A stretch of 64,000 nucleotides of DNA from Eledone cirrhosa (lineage: Eukaryota), in the NCBI GenBank assembly GCA_964016885.1, contig OZ024743.1:11904001-11968000 (forward strand), written 5' to 3'. Shown here one piece after another: positions 25,461 through 39,842 of this stretch. Both the position numbers and the translations under genes were made by a program. The stretch's first letter is position 1, and every line of letters begins with the position of its first letter. The notes beneath the pieces are model-generated. The model was given only the letters and a program-made list of their open reading frames with translations. It did no database searches and had not been told where the DNA came from.

Positions 25461-27154
25461 GCCAATATACTGAGACAGTAAGGATGACTACCTGTTTGCT
25501 CAATCGATTAAAACTAGTAGCAACATCACAAACAAATTACACCCTATAGTCATAAAAAATATGAAATCATATTGGTTAATGTAAAATACTGTATGGTCAC
25601 AGCTGAAATGTCTCTGATCATAGATCTACTGAATGAGGGCTGACATGGGAATAGACAACAACAACAACAGAAAGACGAACAATAATTAACATCAATAACA
25701 CCCTGAAAATTATCTCTCGCCGAAACGACCTGCCCCCTGGACTCATCGTACGCATTAGTATTAAGAAGAGACTTGTTATATTATCAGACGTGGTGTGATA
25801 AATCTTTTAGGGAGCAAGATGGATCAATCCCAGTGAATGTATCAACAAATTATCGAGAAGGCTCAGATGTGTCTGAGTTAGAAATTTGTCTACTGGGGTG
25901 AGAATATACTTTTACAAATAAGAGACGATACAGATCGGTGTAAGCTTTGAATAGCGGTGACCACGAAATAAAAAAAAAAAGTACGAAAAAGTGAAATATT
26001 AGCAATTATATGTATGTGTGGATCCGTGACTCCTGGTGGAGTAGGGGCACCGTAGTGACATACGGCATTTATTGAATATCTTAGCAGTTACAACACCAAA
26101 TTCCCTACAAATTAATTATTTTTCGAACAACAATGAGTTACTTACTAGCACTCCAACAAAAGGCAAATAATGTCAGCCTTCTGTTGGAAATAACACTAAA
26201 CATTTGTAATGTAGTCGTTGTAAAATACACCTAGTAAATGAGTAAAATTGAAACCGGGATAAGCACGGGCTCAACGCGCTGCATGCAGCACACGAGGGCA
26301 TGCATGCGTTGTCGTTCTGATTTTGTATTGTACTGTTTATACCTTTTGTCTATCTGTTCATAGGATTGCTCCAGCAAATATTGAAGAGATAGAATTCCAG
26401 TGAAATGTTGCGAAATATCATGGGATAAATAAAAGACAGATGGTGTTTTATGAAAAGCAGTTAACCTTTCCGTTTTAATTTATTGATGGTTGATTGCACA
26501 ATCGTACGAGAAATTTCTCTGTTTGTTATATTGAATATTGTTATTAATAGGATTAACTGTGACTTGTCGTAGAGGAGAAGCATGGCATTTAATTATGATT
26601 TACTAAACATGGTTAAATGGGTAATCATTTTGCCTGGCAACCACGAGTTATCTTAGCCAATTGTATTTTGTCATAGTTTGAAGTCAATTTAAGCCTTGTG
26701 ATAGACTGAAACCGTGCGGAAGCTTGTCAGATGGATATAATGTGTAATTAAAAAATTCCAGCTTTGTCACATACTCTATCCCCATCATTCTGTCCATGGA
26801 TTAACTATATGTAGAATACTCAACCACGTCATTTAGTTAGTATATTTAATAAACAGCTACGAAATTTAGTACATAAATTATGTAATATTCATTTATTATT
26901 TATTCAAAGTAATCCAACTTATTTTACTAACGGGATAAAAAAATATATGCAGGACACAGCGCCGCAGCTCTCCCTTTATTATATTATGATTCAGCCCAGT
27001 ATAACTATATGAAGACGAAATATTCAATTGTGCTCCTACAAACCAATGGGTTACAGAGATTCTGAAACACAATACTACACAAGTGACTGCAAAACATCAC
27101 AACGCGGCTCTTTAATAAATACACTAACATATTAACCAGTGCTTACATGTCAAG

Positions 27155-27239
<85 letters not shown>

Positions 27240-27250
27240 GTGTGATATGA

Positions 27251-27287
27251 AGTAGTGGCCGTACTCGAAAACGAGTTGGCAGCCACC
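27251..27287 (+). mobile_element. Terminal 37 bp of the RTE-derived 600-bp element, followed by (ATGT)n
   Basis: AGTAGTGGCCGTACTCGAAAACGAGTTGGCAGCCACC is identical to 41690-41726. Confidence 0.85.
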
Positions 27288-27313
27288 ATGTATGTATGTA
27301 TGTACGTATGTAT

Positions 27314-27425
27314 GTTCTTGTGGTTTTACTTTTTTTTTATTTCTCATCAATAGAGTGAGAGCCGGGTTCTAGCATTAACACAAAACTCTTTCATTGGAAT
27401 TTAGACAACACCAACTAGCTAATTC
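27314..27425 (-). mobile_element. Diverged 3' UTR of an R4 family 2 relative
   Basis: TTCTTGTGGTTTTA...CAATAGAGTGAGAGCCGG.TTCTA...TCATTGGAATTTA...CAACTAG parallels 27681-27779. Confidence 0.75.
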
Positions 27426-27548
27426 TGTCTTTATGTATATGCGTGTTTGTGTGTGTATGTATGTGCAAATATTGATGTCAATGTATGTGTGCATCTATAT
27501 GTTTTGGGTTATATGTGCACATGCACATATATTTCTACAGCTATACGC

Positions 27549-27581
<33 letters not shown>

Positions 27582-27617
27582 TGTATGTATGTATGTATGT
27601 ATGTATGTATGTATGTA

Positions 27618-27652
<35 letters not shown>

Positions 27653-27680
27653 ATGTATGTATGTATGTATGTGTCTATGT

Positions 27681-30600
27681 TCTTCTGGTTTTATAATTTC
27701 ACAAAGTTTTACCAATAGAGAGAGAGTCGGTTTCTAACATAGACACAAGACTCTCATTGGAATTTACACATCAACTAGGTAGATATGTATGTATGTCTGC
27801 ATGCATGCATGCATGTGTAGATATGGATGTTATTGTATGTGTGGATGTGTATGTTTTGAGTTGTATGTGTGCATGTGTATATGCTTTATATCTGTACATG
27901 TGTATATGCAGTTATTAGATGCCAAATTTTTGGAATGTTTTACATATTTTTACTGTTCCATTAATGGATTGTACTTGTACTTTCCTAACTAGTTGTGTTC
28001 TTTCTGTTCCTGTGAAGCCTAGCTTCTCAAGATTTGTATTGAAGCAGTTACTAACATACCCCAGTGTCCCAATAACCACAGGCATAAATGTGAAGGTGTA
28101 ATCAGGGTGGAGTATCTGCAGATTTCTCATCAGTTCTGCATAAATATTCTCCTTTTCGCTAATCTTTGATATTATATTGGCATCTGCTGAGCAGCTAACT
28201 TCCACTACTGTGCATGCTTTCTTTTCCCTGTCCCATATCATAATATCTGGTCTGTTATGCCTGCATTTTATTGGGGTTTTTACTGGAACATTCCACCAGT
28301 ACTATTTCATATTATGTACATGGATGTCTTCCACATTGTTGTAGCTTTTAATGTGTTTATCATCGGGGCTATCTTTTTTACGAACTGCATTGTACAGTGT
28401 TTTGGCCACTACATCATGCCTCATAGGTAGATAGTACCGCGATGACATCTTTGGGCAGCTGCTGATGACATGGGTGATATCCTCGATGTTAGTTCTGCAG
28501 AGTCTGCACTTGTTATCACATCTAGGTGTTTTGCCTGCATCCCTATCTCTTTTGTGAATCAGGTATTTCGTGCTAATCTCCTGTTCTTGGATTGCAAAAG
28601 CGTATCCTTCAAAATGGGAGCCAATATAGCGGTTGTTGGTCCAAGATAGACTACTTTCCTTATCTATATTACTCTCACTCTGGAGCATCGTGGCAACATA
28701 TCCATGCATGATTTTTTGCTGATAGGCATGCAGTTTTTCATCCATGGATTCACTGCGATACTGCTGAGCGACATCCCTGGGTGTGAGTTTTTGATTATCA
28801 CACAGGGAATATCTCTCAAGGAGTTCCTTCCCAACTCTCATGATCTTATCTGTTTCATGCAGATAGACTTGCTAGAGAAGCGGGCTCCTACGCTACGAGG
28901 TTCGTAGATGTTGTCGGAGAGATATGATGCGACATTAAAATGTTGTCTGGACTGATGTTAGGCCTCTGCCTCCCTGCCTACGTTTCAAGTAAAGGCGGTC
29001 TATGTCACTGTTGATGTGGAAGTTTCCGGGGTTGTTCAGTATTTTTCGAGTTCCAACATCAACTGCTTGGATTTCGTCTATCGTCCAATTGAGTATTCCA
29101 AACGTTGGTGTTAGGACAGGCACAGCAAACACATTGTGAGCCACTGTTTTGTTTTGCGCAGAGAGTTCCGATGACCAGATCTTTCTTAATCGGGTGTAGT
29201 ATTCCCTGGTTACGCGTTCTTTATTACAGATACCATTATAGGATATGTTCTCATCTATCCCCAGGTATCTGTAGCAGTCCTCATCAGATATCGGTGAAAC
29301 AGTTAGACCATTGATGACAATGTTGCTAGATTGGGTTGTTGTTTTTCCCCGCTTTACAGTCATGTATGAGCATTTATCTTGGCCAAACTCCATTCCTATA
29401 TCCTTTGAGAACGTTGTAACCAGGTCAAGATTTTTCTTCATCCCATCCATGTTCTTGGCATAGAGTTTCAGATCGTCCACAAAGAAGTTATGGGTTAGGT
29501 TCGTATTTCTGTCCTCCTGTGAGCCAATGATGTATCCCTCACATTTCTTGAGCAGAAAGGACAAGGGGTTTAATGCAAGATGAACAATATCACAGAGAGA
29601 CTGTCCCCCTGAAATATACCCCTGCAATATTTTATTTTATCAGTGAAAATAGAGTCCTCCCTCTCTCTCTTTAACCTTAGGATAGTAGCTCAAGAAGAAG
29701 ACAGCCTCTCTATGCTCTGACAATAATGTCTGGGACTTTAGCAAGTTGGAGGGCCTCTATCATCCAAGAGTGGGGAACAGAATCGAAAGCTTTCTTGTAG
29801 TCCAGCCAGACTGTAGTCATATTCCTCCTAAGTTGTCGCACTTCCGACATCGCGGTTTTGTTGATTAGGAGTTGTTCAGCACATCCCCAAACCCTTTTCT
29901 TTCCAGCTGCTTGTTCATCTGTGATGATGTTATTATTTTCACAGTGATCTTGGAGGAATAGGTTCAGGCAGGCTGTATACATCTTATACATTAGGTTCTG
30001 GCATGCAATGGGTCGGTAGTTTTTTGCCAAGTGGGTGTCTTTGTTCTTGGGGACCAGTAACGTTTGTGCTAATGTCAACCATTCTGGTATAAGTGTATCT
30101 CCCTTAAGAACTTGTTGGTAGAGGTCAGTAAGATACCTCCGATAGAATATTAGTTTTTTGTACCAGTAGCCGACAATCATGTCTCTTCCTGGTATTTTCT
30201 TATCTTGGAGTTTTCCTATCACAGTCTCAAAGGTACACTCACTTATTTCGTATGTTTTTGTTGTAGTGTAGGAGTAATAGTTCTTTCGGATTTCTCTTAG
30301 CCACACTGCATCTTGGTTGAAATTCTTCTTTTCACCCCATATTTTTCTCCAAAAGGAATCTATGTCTTTCTGGGATGGGGCCTCAGTGACACTTATTATT
30401 TTGCCCTTCATATCTCTATAGACTGATGTTTGGTTTCGTCTGAATCTTTTATTAAGCATTTTTCTCTCATCTACCTTCTTCAGGTATCGGCGTTTTTCGC
30501 TAAAAGCTCTCAATTCTTGTTTGAGGGTGATCAGCTTATATTGGAGAGGTTTGGTTCTACTGTTACCAAACATCGTCTCTATTTTATTTTTCACTCTTTG

Positions 30601-31796
30601 TTGGTGAGGAGTGAGGTTTTTTTGTGTTTGTTTGCATGTAAGGAGCATTATCACATGTCCTATGTTTTTTCGTAGGTCAGCACTCTTTTTTTCTATTTTA
30701 GTTATATATGATGGTATTTTTGGTGGTGTTTTGTTCTTGCTAATATCTCTGCTATCACCAAGATAATGCTTCACTGTCATTGCTAAAGCATATAAACAGG
30801 CGTTGATTTGCCAAAATGTTGGGGTTTTTATCCGTCGTAAACATTCATCCCCTATTTCGTCAATAACACGTAGTATTTCATTATTTGGTTTTTTATTCAC
30901 CATTGTCATTTTAACACGTTCAGCAAGAGAGATATTTATACATGAGTTCATTTCTCTCTGGAAGATTTCGTTGAGGGAAATTTTCAATTGTTTATACTTT
31001 TGATTATCATTATCGATAGTATTTTCCACAAAGTCGAGGTAGACTCAGATGGTATACGTGGTGTCACATTTATTCGATTATTATTATTATTTCTTCGATT
31101 ATTATTATTATAGATAGTGTTTTCCCCAGCATTCGTGGTAGACTTAGATGGTACAGGCATAGTTATTTCAAGGCGCTGTTCGACCTGGCTGCTAGGAAGT
31201 CTAGTAGCATGGCGATCTGTAGCACGTGTTGTTGATTCCATATTTGTTGTGGAGAACTTACAATTAATAATATTTATCTTATTTTTACGTTCAACAAACG
31301 TCGCTTGTTGGCGTAATTGTTTCGCTGTGAAATAATTTAGCTCTGGGTGCATTTCGTCCCAGTGTAGCTTCATTCTATTCATATAGCCAATGGAGGGATT
31401 GTTTTTTGCCATTTTATAACAATTAAATAAATCATTATTAAGTTCGCAACTCCAAGAGAAATGCGATTTATAATTTAGGTTTCTTCTGTAGCTACAACTG
31501 AATAAAGTTTGATTACCTTCTTTGTTATTTGTCTTCGATACTTCCTTAATTTTCTTGTTGATGTTGTGTTCAGCCATGCTGTTTGTAGCAAATCCTTGTA
31601 AAATGAATTATGTATTTAGTCGGATATCACTACGAATTCGAATAAAAGGTGTCTTCAGAAGGGATAGTTAGAAGAATAACCAGTTATTCAACCTGGCTGT
31701 AGTTGTGGCATTACTGTCGGAGATAGTATTCATCTTAAATTTAATAAATAGTCTCCCACGCCAAAATATGCGACTGATCGCGTTGACTGATGGAGT
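27681..31796 (-). mobile_element. Full-length R4/Dong-clade non-LTR retrotransposon, family 2, inserted in (TATG)n
   Basis: ORF fragments are collinear with family 1. (TATG)n lies on both flanks (27553-27680 and 31797-31905). Confidence 0.9.
27915..31577 (-). pseudogene. Disrupted R4-type polyprotein (RT, CCHC, RLE)
   Basis: Five fragments carry NYRPIAC, WLDYKKAFDSVPH, HNFFVDDLKLY, CRLC...HVISSC, RHD and IWD...VVEVSC, separated by several frameshifts and stops. Confidence 0.9.
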
Positions 31797-32149
31797 TATG
31801 TATGTATGTATGTATGTATGTATGTATGTATGTATGTATGTATGTATGTATGTATGTATGTATGTATGTATGCATGTATGTATGTATGTATGTATGTATG
31901 TATGTACATACATACATACATACACCAACCAAGCTTACAGTGTTAACTGGGAGGTTTTTACCGTGTTACCTACACGGCCACATTACAGCGTGGACTGTGC
32001 GTTTTTTTTTTGTCGTGACACCTACACGACCTCATTTGTTTCGAACTGGATGTTGTGTTACCAACATAACTTCACATTTAAGGGGGTGGTGTGGATGGGA
32101 CGGGGGTTATTTCGTTAGAGGTGCCTACTGACTAGGTTTCGCTTTGTAC

Positions 32150-32862
32150 TTAGGCAAGGCGGGTCTTCTGTATAACTGTGTAGCGCCAAAGCTCTCGGTC
32201 CAGTGACATTGTCTTGGAGAGGTGTAAGTGTGTGAGGTCGGAATTTATCAAGTCGTCCCAGGTTTTTCTGGGTCTGCCTACTCCGTGGCTACCGTCTATT
32301 TTTATCGCCCTGCACTTTTTTTATACAGCTGTCGTCTTTCATGCGCATCACGTGTCCATACCAATGTAGCCTTCTCTCGAGTAAACATCTGATCCCTCTT
32401 ATTTCTAATTTTTCACTTAGTTCGTTTATGCTTTGCCGTTCACGTATATTACTATTATACATCCAGCGGAGCATGCAAGCTTCGTTCCTCTCTAGTCTGC
32501 GTATATCCTCTGCACACAATGCCCATGTCTCACTGCCATGCAACATTGCTATTCGTATGCAGGCATCATACAGCCTGCCTTGCATTTTTAGGGAGAACCC
32601 TTTAGCGGCTAATAGTGGTATAAGCTCTCTGAACTTTTTCCATCCAGTTCTGACTCTAGCTACTGTACTTTCAGAGCACCCTCCCCCACTGCTGATTTTG
32701 TCACCCTGGTAACGGAAGCTGTCCACTATTTCTATAGAACCATCTGTGCAATTGAAAAAGCTAGTATTCTGTGAACACTTGCTGCTACTTATTGCACCAG
32801 AGCACCGCCCACATATAAAATCTATGTTCTTAGTTAGCTTACCTGTGATCCCACTACATCTT
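32150..32862 (-). mobile_element. RTE-clade LINE 3' fragment
   Basis: [16 protein letters not shown]...ARVRTGWKKFREL...MLHGSETW...MLRWM...RRLHWYGHVMR matches the RTE RT C-terminal motifs. Confidence 0.85.
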
Positions 32863-33294
32863 TATATATATATACATGTATATATGTATGTATATATATA
32901 TATATATACATGTATATATATATGTATGTATATATATATATATATATACATGTATATGTGTATGTGTGTATATATATATATATATATACATGTATATATG
33001 TATGTATGTATGTATATGTATATATATATATATATATACATGTATATATATATGTATGTATGTATATATATATATACATGTATATATATATGTATATATA
33101 TATATAGATATATATGTACATGTATATATACATGTATATATATATATATACATACATATATACATGTATATATATATGTATGTATATATATATATATACA
33201 TGTATATATATATATACATGTATATATGTATGTATGTATATATATATATATATATATACATGTATATATATATATATACATGTATATATATATA
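32863..33294. repeat. (TA)n array punctuated by CATG and TATG
   Basis: Direct inspection; same style at 39934-40400 and 40576-41110. Confidence 0.95.
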
Positions 33295-35089
33295 TGTGTC
33301 GGACAGACGGGACGTCGCCTGGCGGACCGATTTACTGAGCACCTCCGGGATATTCGTCTCGGTGGTAGTTCCCTCATCGCCCGCCACTTTGGTGGCCCTG
33401 AACATTCCGCACGCCATCTCACAGTCTGTGGCCTACTCCAATGCCACGGAACACCCGCCAATCTCCTTAGAGTCGAACAAAGAACTATCTTCATCTTACA
33501 GACCCACAATCTCCCCGGCCTGAACTCCCCACCCTTATTCCTTTAGCCTTCGACCGCGCCCCTCCCCCCACACTTATCCCCCACTAACACCACTAACACA
33601 CCACTCCTTTTCACCGCCCACCCGACAACTAACAATACTAACACCTCCACTCCACTTCACCCCTCATCCGACCACCCTTCCCCAACTAACATACTAACAT
33701 CCCTCCCTTCTTCTCCTCCTTCCCCCTCCTTATCACACGCACACACCCACCGGCACATATATACACGCGCTCACACTAAAGACACACCCTACTACCACCA
33801 CTAACCCTCACCCCCACACCTCCATCCCACCACCCCGCAACTAACCTCACTAACACTCCCTGACCCCAAGCACACGAACACACACACCCACTTACACCAC
33901 CCACCCCACACGCAACTAACATCACTAACACCTCCCAACCCCACGCACACGTACCCACACACCCCCGTACACCACCAACTCTACACATCCTACCACCACT
34001 AACCCCCACTCACACCGGCATTCAACCCTTCCCCACCTCCCATATACTACACCCACACACCCCCTTCATCAAACTACACACACACCAGTACACCACACTC
34101 CCTCCATAGAACTACACTCACCCTTCTCTCCCCGCTCCACCCACACCCTCGCTCCACACTCACTCATCCCACTAACACCTCTACTAATACACACACACAC
34201 CCTCCTCACTCCAACTTTCACACCTACCCATCCTCGCCCCTTTACCATTCCACCGACTGCTGCTATGCCCACTGACCACCTCCCAGCACAAACAGACACA
34301 CAGCACTCCCACCGCTTGACCACTTCCTGTTGCGCGCGCACCCCACATCTCTCCTCTTCCGACCATCTCTTCATGGAATACTCGTATGCGGAACTTGACC
34401 ACCACAGAATCCACTAAACATCATAGGAACTTACCAACATTTCAATCATCCTCTTACGGAATCACCTATATAACTCACCCACACACGCACCCCAAAAAAT
34501 CTTTTCTCCCACACGCTACCTACACCCACAACACGCTTAAACCCCACACGCCACCTACACCCACAACACGCTTAAACCCCACACGCCACCTACACCCACA
34601 ACACGCTTAAACCCCACACACACGTGCTTTCCACCATATATTTACACCCTCAGCCTCCTGATTCCTCTACCCCACCCCTCTATCCACACACGCACAGACA
34701 CTCCGACCTACACCCCCCAACACACACCTCTTCCTGAACATGCAACCCCGTTCTTCCCCCAACCCTTACTTTCACATACACACACACACGTACACCTACA
34801 CACACGCACCACCTTCAGCCCTCCCCGCTCAGACACCCCGTCTCCCTCTCCCCACTCCACCCGCCACCACCCCTACACACTCCACACCCTTCCACCACCT
34901 GTTTTACCCCTTTTTAATTTCAGTTTATTTTGATCATGCTTTTATATTTAATTTTATTTCATTCCTTGTATTTTGATCATGCTTTATTTTTACTTTTATT
35001 TTTAATTTCATTCGCACCGTTTCCTTCCGCTATATGTCTCTCCACCACTCCCCTACACACCCTTTGAACTCTGTTCCCACACACTTCTC

Positions 35090-35120
35090 ACCTGAGGAAG
35101 GGCTTATACTCGAAACGTCG
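35090..35120 (+). ncRNA. Minimal hammerhead motif in the upstream pLTR
   Basis: C-CTGAGGA-A-GGGC-ttat-ACTC-GAAA-CG-TC: core intact, stem II mismatched. Confidence 0.65.
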
Positions 35121-35623
35121 TTCCCCACCACCACCCCACTCTCCAGAGCGTGAAATTAATAAACATTCGTTGTACTGCCTCTCTGTTTTGTTCCTGTTCA
35201 AATTTTTCCATTATATATAATACACGCTCACACGGCTTCCATTCCTTTGGAACATAACTTAACTACCGGCTCAACCCCGATCTAATCCGCCGTGACAATT
35301 CTCCGAACTTTACACACCTTCCCACACTTGGTCTTTCCTTCCACGCATTACCTTTGTTTGATTTTGTTACTGTACTTGTTTATTTCCGTATATGATTCTT
35401 TGCCTGTGTTCTTACAATTTTATTTCTATGATTTTTTGTTCATGATTGCCTGTGTTTTTACCTTTATGATTTTTTGTCTTTAATTTTCCTGTGTATACTC
35501 TCCCCTCCTTACGTTTTTCTGTTTCATTTTCCCTTCCCCGTCTCTGCCTATCCTTCGCACTCACTCCTTCGTTCACTCCACCCCGCTTCACATCCCTCCC
35601 CCTGCTTTCACCCAACGCCCATC

Positions 35624-38337
35624 ATGCCCAGCCTGAGATCCTTTCTCCACCAACTACATAATCGCCTCAAACTTTTCCTCACCCCCCTCCTCCCACCCTG
35701 CTATCTCCCCTCTGCCCTTCAACTCTCCTACCTTCTCTTCGCCAAAACCCGGCACTCTAGCCACATCCATTTCCTCAGCCACTGCCTCCGCCGCCACCTT
35801 ATCCCCCTCGGCTTCCGTCTACACTTCCACCCTTCCCCCGCCGCTTCCCCCTCCACGCAACGTATCCTCACCAGATCCTCACGCCTCCTGATGCGCAACT
35901 CCATCCGCGCCTCCCGTTCCACCCTCCACCCACTTGACCACCAACTGACCCCCACCCTCCCCCGCCTTAACTCCACCTGCCACCCCCTCCTCGCCCAAGC
36001 CATCTTTTCCTTCATCCAAAACCTCAACCACCTCTTCTTCCTCAGCTCCACCAAAGCCCGCAAGCTACACTCACTCCTCCCAACTACCCCCATCCACCAC
36101 CACCCGCCCATCCCCATACGCCCACCACTCTCCACCTCTCCCTCGACCCCCCCCCAATTCCCCCCCCCCCACACACCCAAACCCCACCACTTGTCACCAT
36201 ACCCCCTGACCCCCCCTCTCCGCACCTGAGCGCTCACTCCTTAGTAGAGGCCTTCGCTTCATACCCCACACTCCGCACAGCGACGAGTTCCGCACCCGAA
36301 TGGAAGTCGAGCGATTCGTGCGACGCACTAAGCTACAGGCACATTTCAGCCGAACGCCACCGGTTCTGGATGCCCCAGACCCGTTTCTCGCCCTGGGCCG
36401 ACGACCATCTTCTTGGACGCCTTCGTCGATGCCAGCCGTAGCGCAGTAAATCGTTTCGACTTCCGCCACCGTTCCAAACGGTACAATAACTCACGGGCGA
36501 ACTCCTTGCTCTCCGCTCCCTCCGTAGCCGAGATGACATCGTCATCAAACCGGCGGACAAGGGAGGCGCCGTGGTGGTGTGCCGCGCGGACCTCTACACG
36601 GCCGAAGCCCTCAGGCAGCTCTGTAACCCCCTCTTCTACCGCCCTCTACCCTCCGATCCCACCCCCTCTACCAACAACAAGTCTCCTCCACCATCCAAGA
36701 CCTTATCGCCTCCTCCCTCTTCCCCCCCACCGCTTCCCACCTCATCGTCCGCACCCCCCGCACCCCACCATCTACTTCCTCCCCAAACTCCACAAACCCG
36801 ACAACCCTGGCCGCCCCATCGTCTCCGCTTACAACTGGCCCACCGAACTCATCTCCGCCTTTCTCGACTCCATCCTCGCCCCCCTTGTCACCACCCTCCC
36901 CTCCCACATCTCTGACACCAACCACGCCCTGCGCCTTTTCGACTCCTTCACCTACCCACCTGGCCCACAGCCCTTCCTCTTCACCCTAGACATCAAATCC
37001 CTCTATACCGTCATCCCCCACGCCGACGGCCTACACGCCCTCAAACACTACCTCGATCTTCGCCCCTCCCCCATTCCCTCCACCCCCACCCTCCTTCACC
37101 TCGCCGAGCTGGTCCTCACCCTCAATTGTTTCTCCTTCTCGGGTGAGTTTTACCAACAGGTCACGGGGGTAGCCATGGGTACAAGAATGGGCCCGAACTA
37201 TGCCAACCTTTTTGTTGGCCATGTTGAGGCCCAAATCTTTGCCCAGTACACCGGCCCCACGCCCGAACTGTACGGTCGTTACATTGACGACTGTATCGGA
37301 GCCACGACCCTCACCCGAGAACAGCTCGACTCCTTTCTCTCCTTCTTCTGCTCCTTCCACCCCTCCCTCCACTTCACCACCTCCCACGTCCACTTCTTAG
37401 ACATCTCCGTCGCTTTCGACTCCTCCCACCACTCCCTCGTCACCTCCGCCTTCTTCAAACCCACCGACTCCCACTCTTACCTCGACTTCACCTCTTCCCA
37501 CCCAACCCACACTAAACACTACATTTCCTACTCCCAACTCCTTAGGATCCGCCGCCTCTGTAGCCGAGATGCTGACTTCGAGTCCCAGGCCCTTTCCCTA
37601 GTCAGCCATTTCATCCGCAGAGGTTACCCCCTCTCTCGTCCACACCGCTCTCACCCGCGCCCGTGCTGTCCACCGCTCCACCACCCTCACCCCACGCCAC
37701 CGCACACCCACCCACCGTCTCCCCTTCCCCATCACCTACCACCCCTCCACCTTACCCCTCCACCGCACCATCCGCCGCCTCTTCCGACGCCTCCAGTCCG
37801 ACCCCTCCACCTCCTACATCTTCCCAAACCCACCACTCCCCTCCTTCAAACGCGCACGCAATCTCCGCACCCTCCTCGTCCACAGCTCCCTACCCCCCAA
37901 CCCACGCTCTGTTTACCCCCGGTTCCTTTCCCTGTTCTAGGCCCCGCTGCAACACCTGTCCCCACATCACCAACATCACCACCTTCCAGGGTCCCAACGG
38001 CCCCCCTCTCTCTGTCCGGCATGCCTTCCTCTGCACCTCCTCCAACCTAGTCTACGGACTTAGCTGCACGGAGTGCAGCGCGACTTATGTCGGACAGACG
38101 GGACGTCGCCTGGCGGACCGATTCACTGAGCACCTCCGAGATATTTGTCTCGGTGGTAGTTCCCCCATCGCCCGCCACTTTGGTGGCCCTGGACATTCAA
38201 CACGCCATCTCACAGTCTGTGGCCTACTCCAATGCCTCGGAACACCCGCCAATCGCCTTCGAGTCGAACAAAGAACTATCTTCATCTTACAGACCAACAC
38301 TCCCCCCGGCCTGAACTCCCCACCCTTATTCCTTTAG
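35624..38337 (+). pseudogene. PLE polyprotein (N-terminal domain, RT, Cys linker, GIY-YIG), several frameshifts
   Basis: Motifs [89 protein letters not shown] and [27 protein letters not shown]. Confidence 0.92.
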
Positions 38338-39811
38338 CCTTCGACCGCCCCCCTCCCCCCACACTTATCCCCCACTAACACCACTAACACACCACTCCTT
38401 TTCACCGCCCACCCCACAACTAACAATACTAACACCTCCACTCCACTCCACCCCTCATCCGACCACCCTTCCCCAACTAACATACTAACATCCCTCCCTT
38501 CTCCTCCTTCCCCCTCCTTATCACACGCACACACCCACCGGCACATATATACACACGCTCACACTAAACACACACCCTACTACCACCACTAACCCTCACC
38601 CCCACACCTCCATCCCACCACCCCGCAACTAACCTCACTAACACTCCCTGACCCCAAGCACACGAACACACGCACCCACTTACACCACCCACCACACACG
38701 CAGCTAACATCAGTAACACCCCCCAACCCCACGCACACGTACCCACACCCCCGTACACCACCAACTCTACACATCCTACCACCACTAACCCCCACTCACA
38801 CCGGCATTCAACCCTTCCCCACCTCCCGTATACTAACACCCACACACCCCATTCATCAAACTACACACACAGCAGTACACCACACTCCCTCCATAGAACT
38901 ACACAAACCCTTCTCTCCCCGCTCCACCCACACCCTCGCTCCACACTCACTCATCCCACTAACACCTCTACTAATACACACACACACCTTCCTCACTCCA
39001 ACTTTCACACCTACCCATCCTCGCCCCTTTACCATTCCACCGACTGCTGCTATGCCCACTGACCACCTCCCAACACAAACAGACACGCAGCACTCCCACC
39101 GCTTGACCACTTCCTGTTGCGCGCGCACCCCACATCTCTCCTCTTCCGACCATCTCTTCATGGAATACTCGTATGCGGAACTTGACCACCACAGAATCCA
39201 CTAAACATCATAGGAACTTACCAACATTTCATCCATCCTTTTACGGAATCACCTATATAACTCACCCACACATGCACCCAAAAAATGTTTTTCTCCCACA
39301 CGCCACCTACACCCACAACACGCTTAAACCCCACACGCCACCTACGTGCTTTCCACCACATATTTACACCCTCAGCCTCCTGATTCCTCTCCCCCACCCC
39401 TCTATCCACACACGCACAGACACTCCGACCTACAACCCCCCACACACCTCTTCCTGAACATGCAACCCCGTTCTTCCCCCAACCCTTACTTTCACATACA
39501 CACACACACGTACACCTACACACACACACACCACCTTCAGCCCTCCCCGCTCGGACACCCCGTCTCCCTCTCCCCACTCCACCCGCCACCACCCCTACAC
39601 ACCCCACACCCTCCCACCACCTGTTTTACCCCTTTTTAATTTCAGTTTATTTTGATCATGCTTTTATATTTAATTTTATTTCATTCCTTGTATTTTGATC
39701 ATGCTTTATTTTTACTTTTATTTTTAATTTCATTCGCACCGTTTCCTTCCGCTATATGTCTCTCCACCACTCCCTTACACACCCTTTGAACTCTGTTCCC
39801 ACACACTTCTC

Positions 39812-39842
39812 ACCCGAGGAAGGGCTTATGCCCGAAACGTCG
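39812..39842 (+). ncRNA. Minimal hammerhead motif in the downstream pLTR
   Basis: C-CCGAGGA-A-GGGC-ttat-GCCC-GAAA-CG-TC: perfect stem II, U4-to-C core change. Confidence 0.6.

Noticed and set aside
25172-25503. Gly-rich or Val-rich ORFs
   Set aside because: They are translations of an (ACC)n repeat.
33776-34976. Gly/Val/Trp-rich minus-strand ORFs and His/Pro-rich plus-strand ORFs in the PLE repeat (also 38334-39639)
   Set aside because: They are by-products of the C/A-rich 3' UTR composition, and the frames differ between the two repeat copies.
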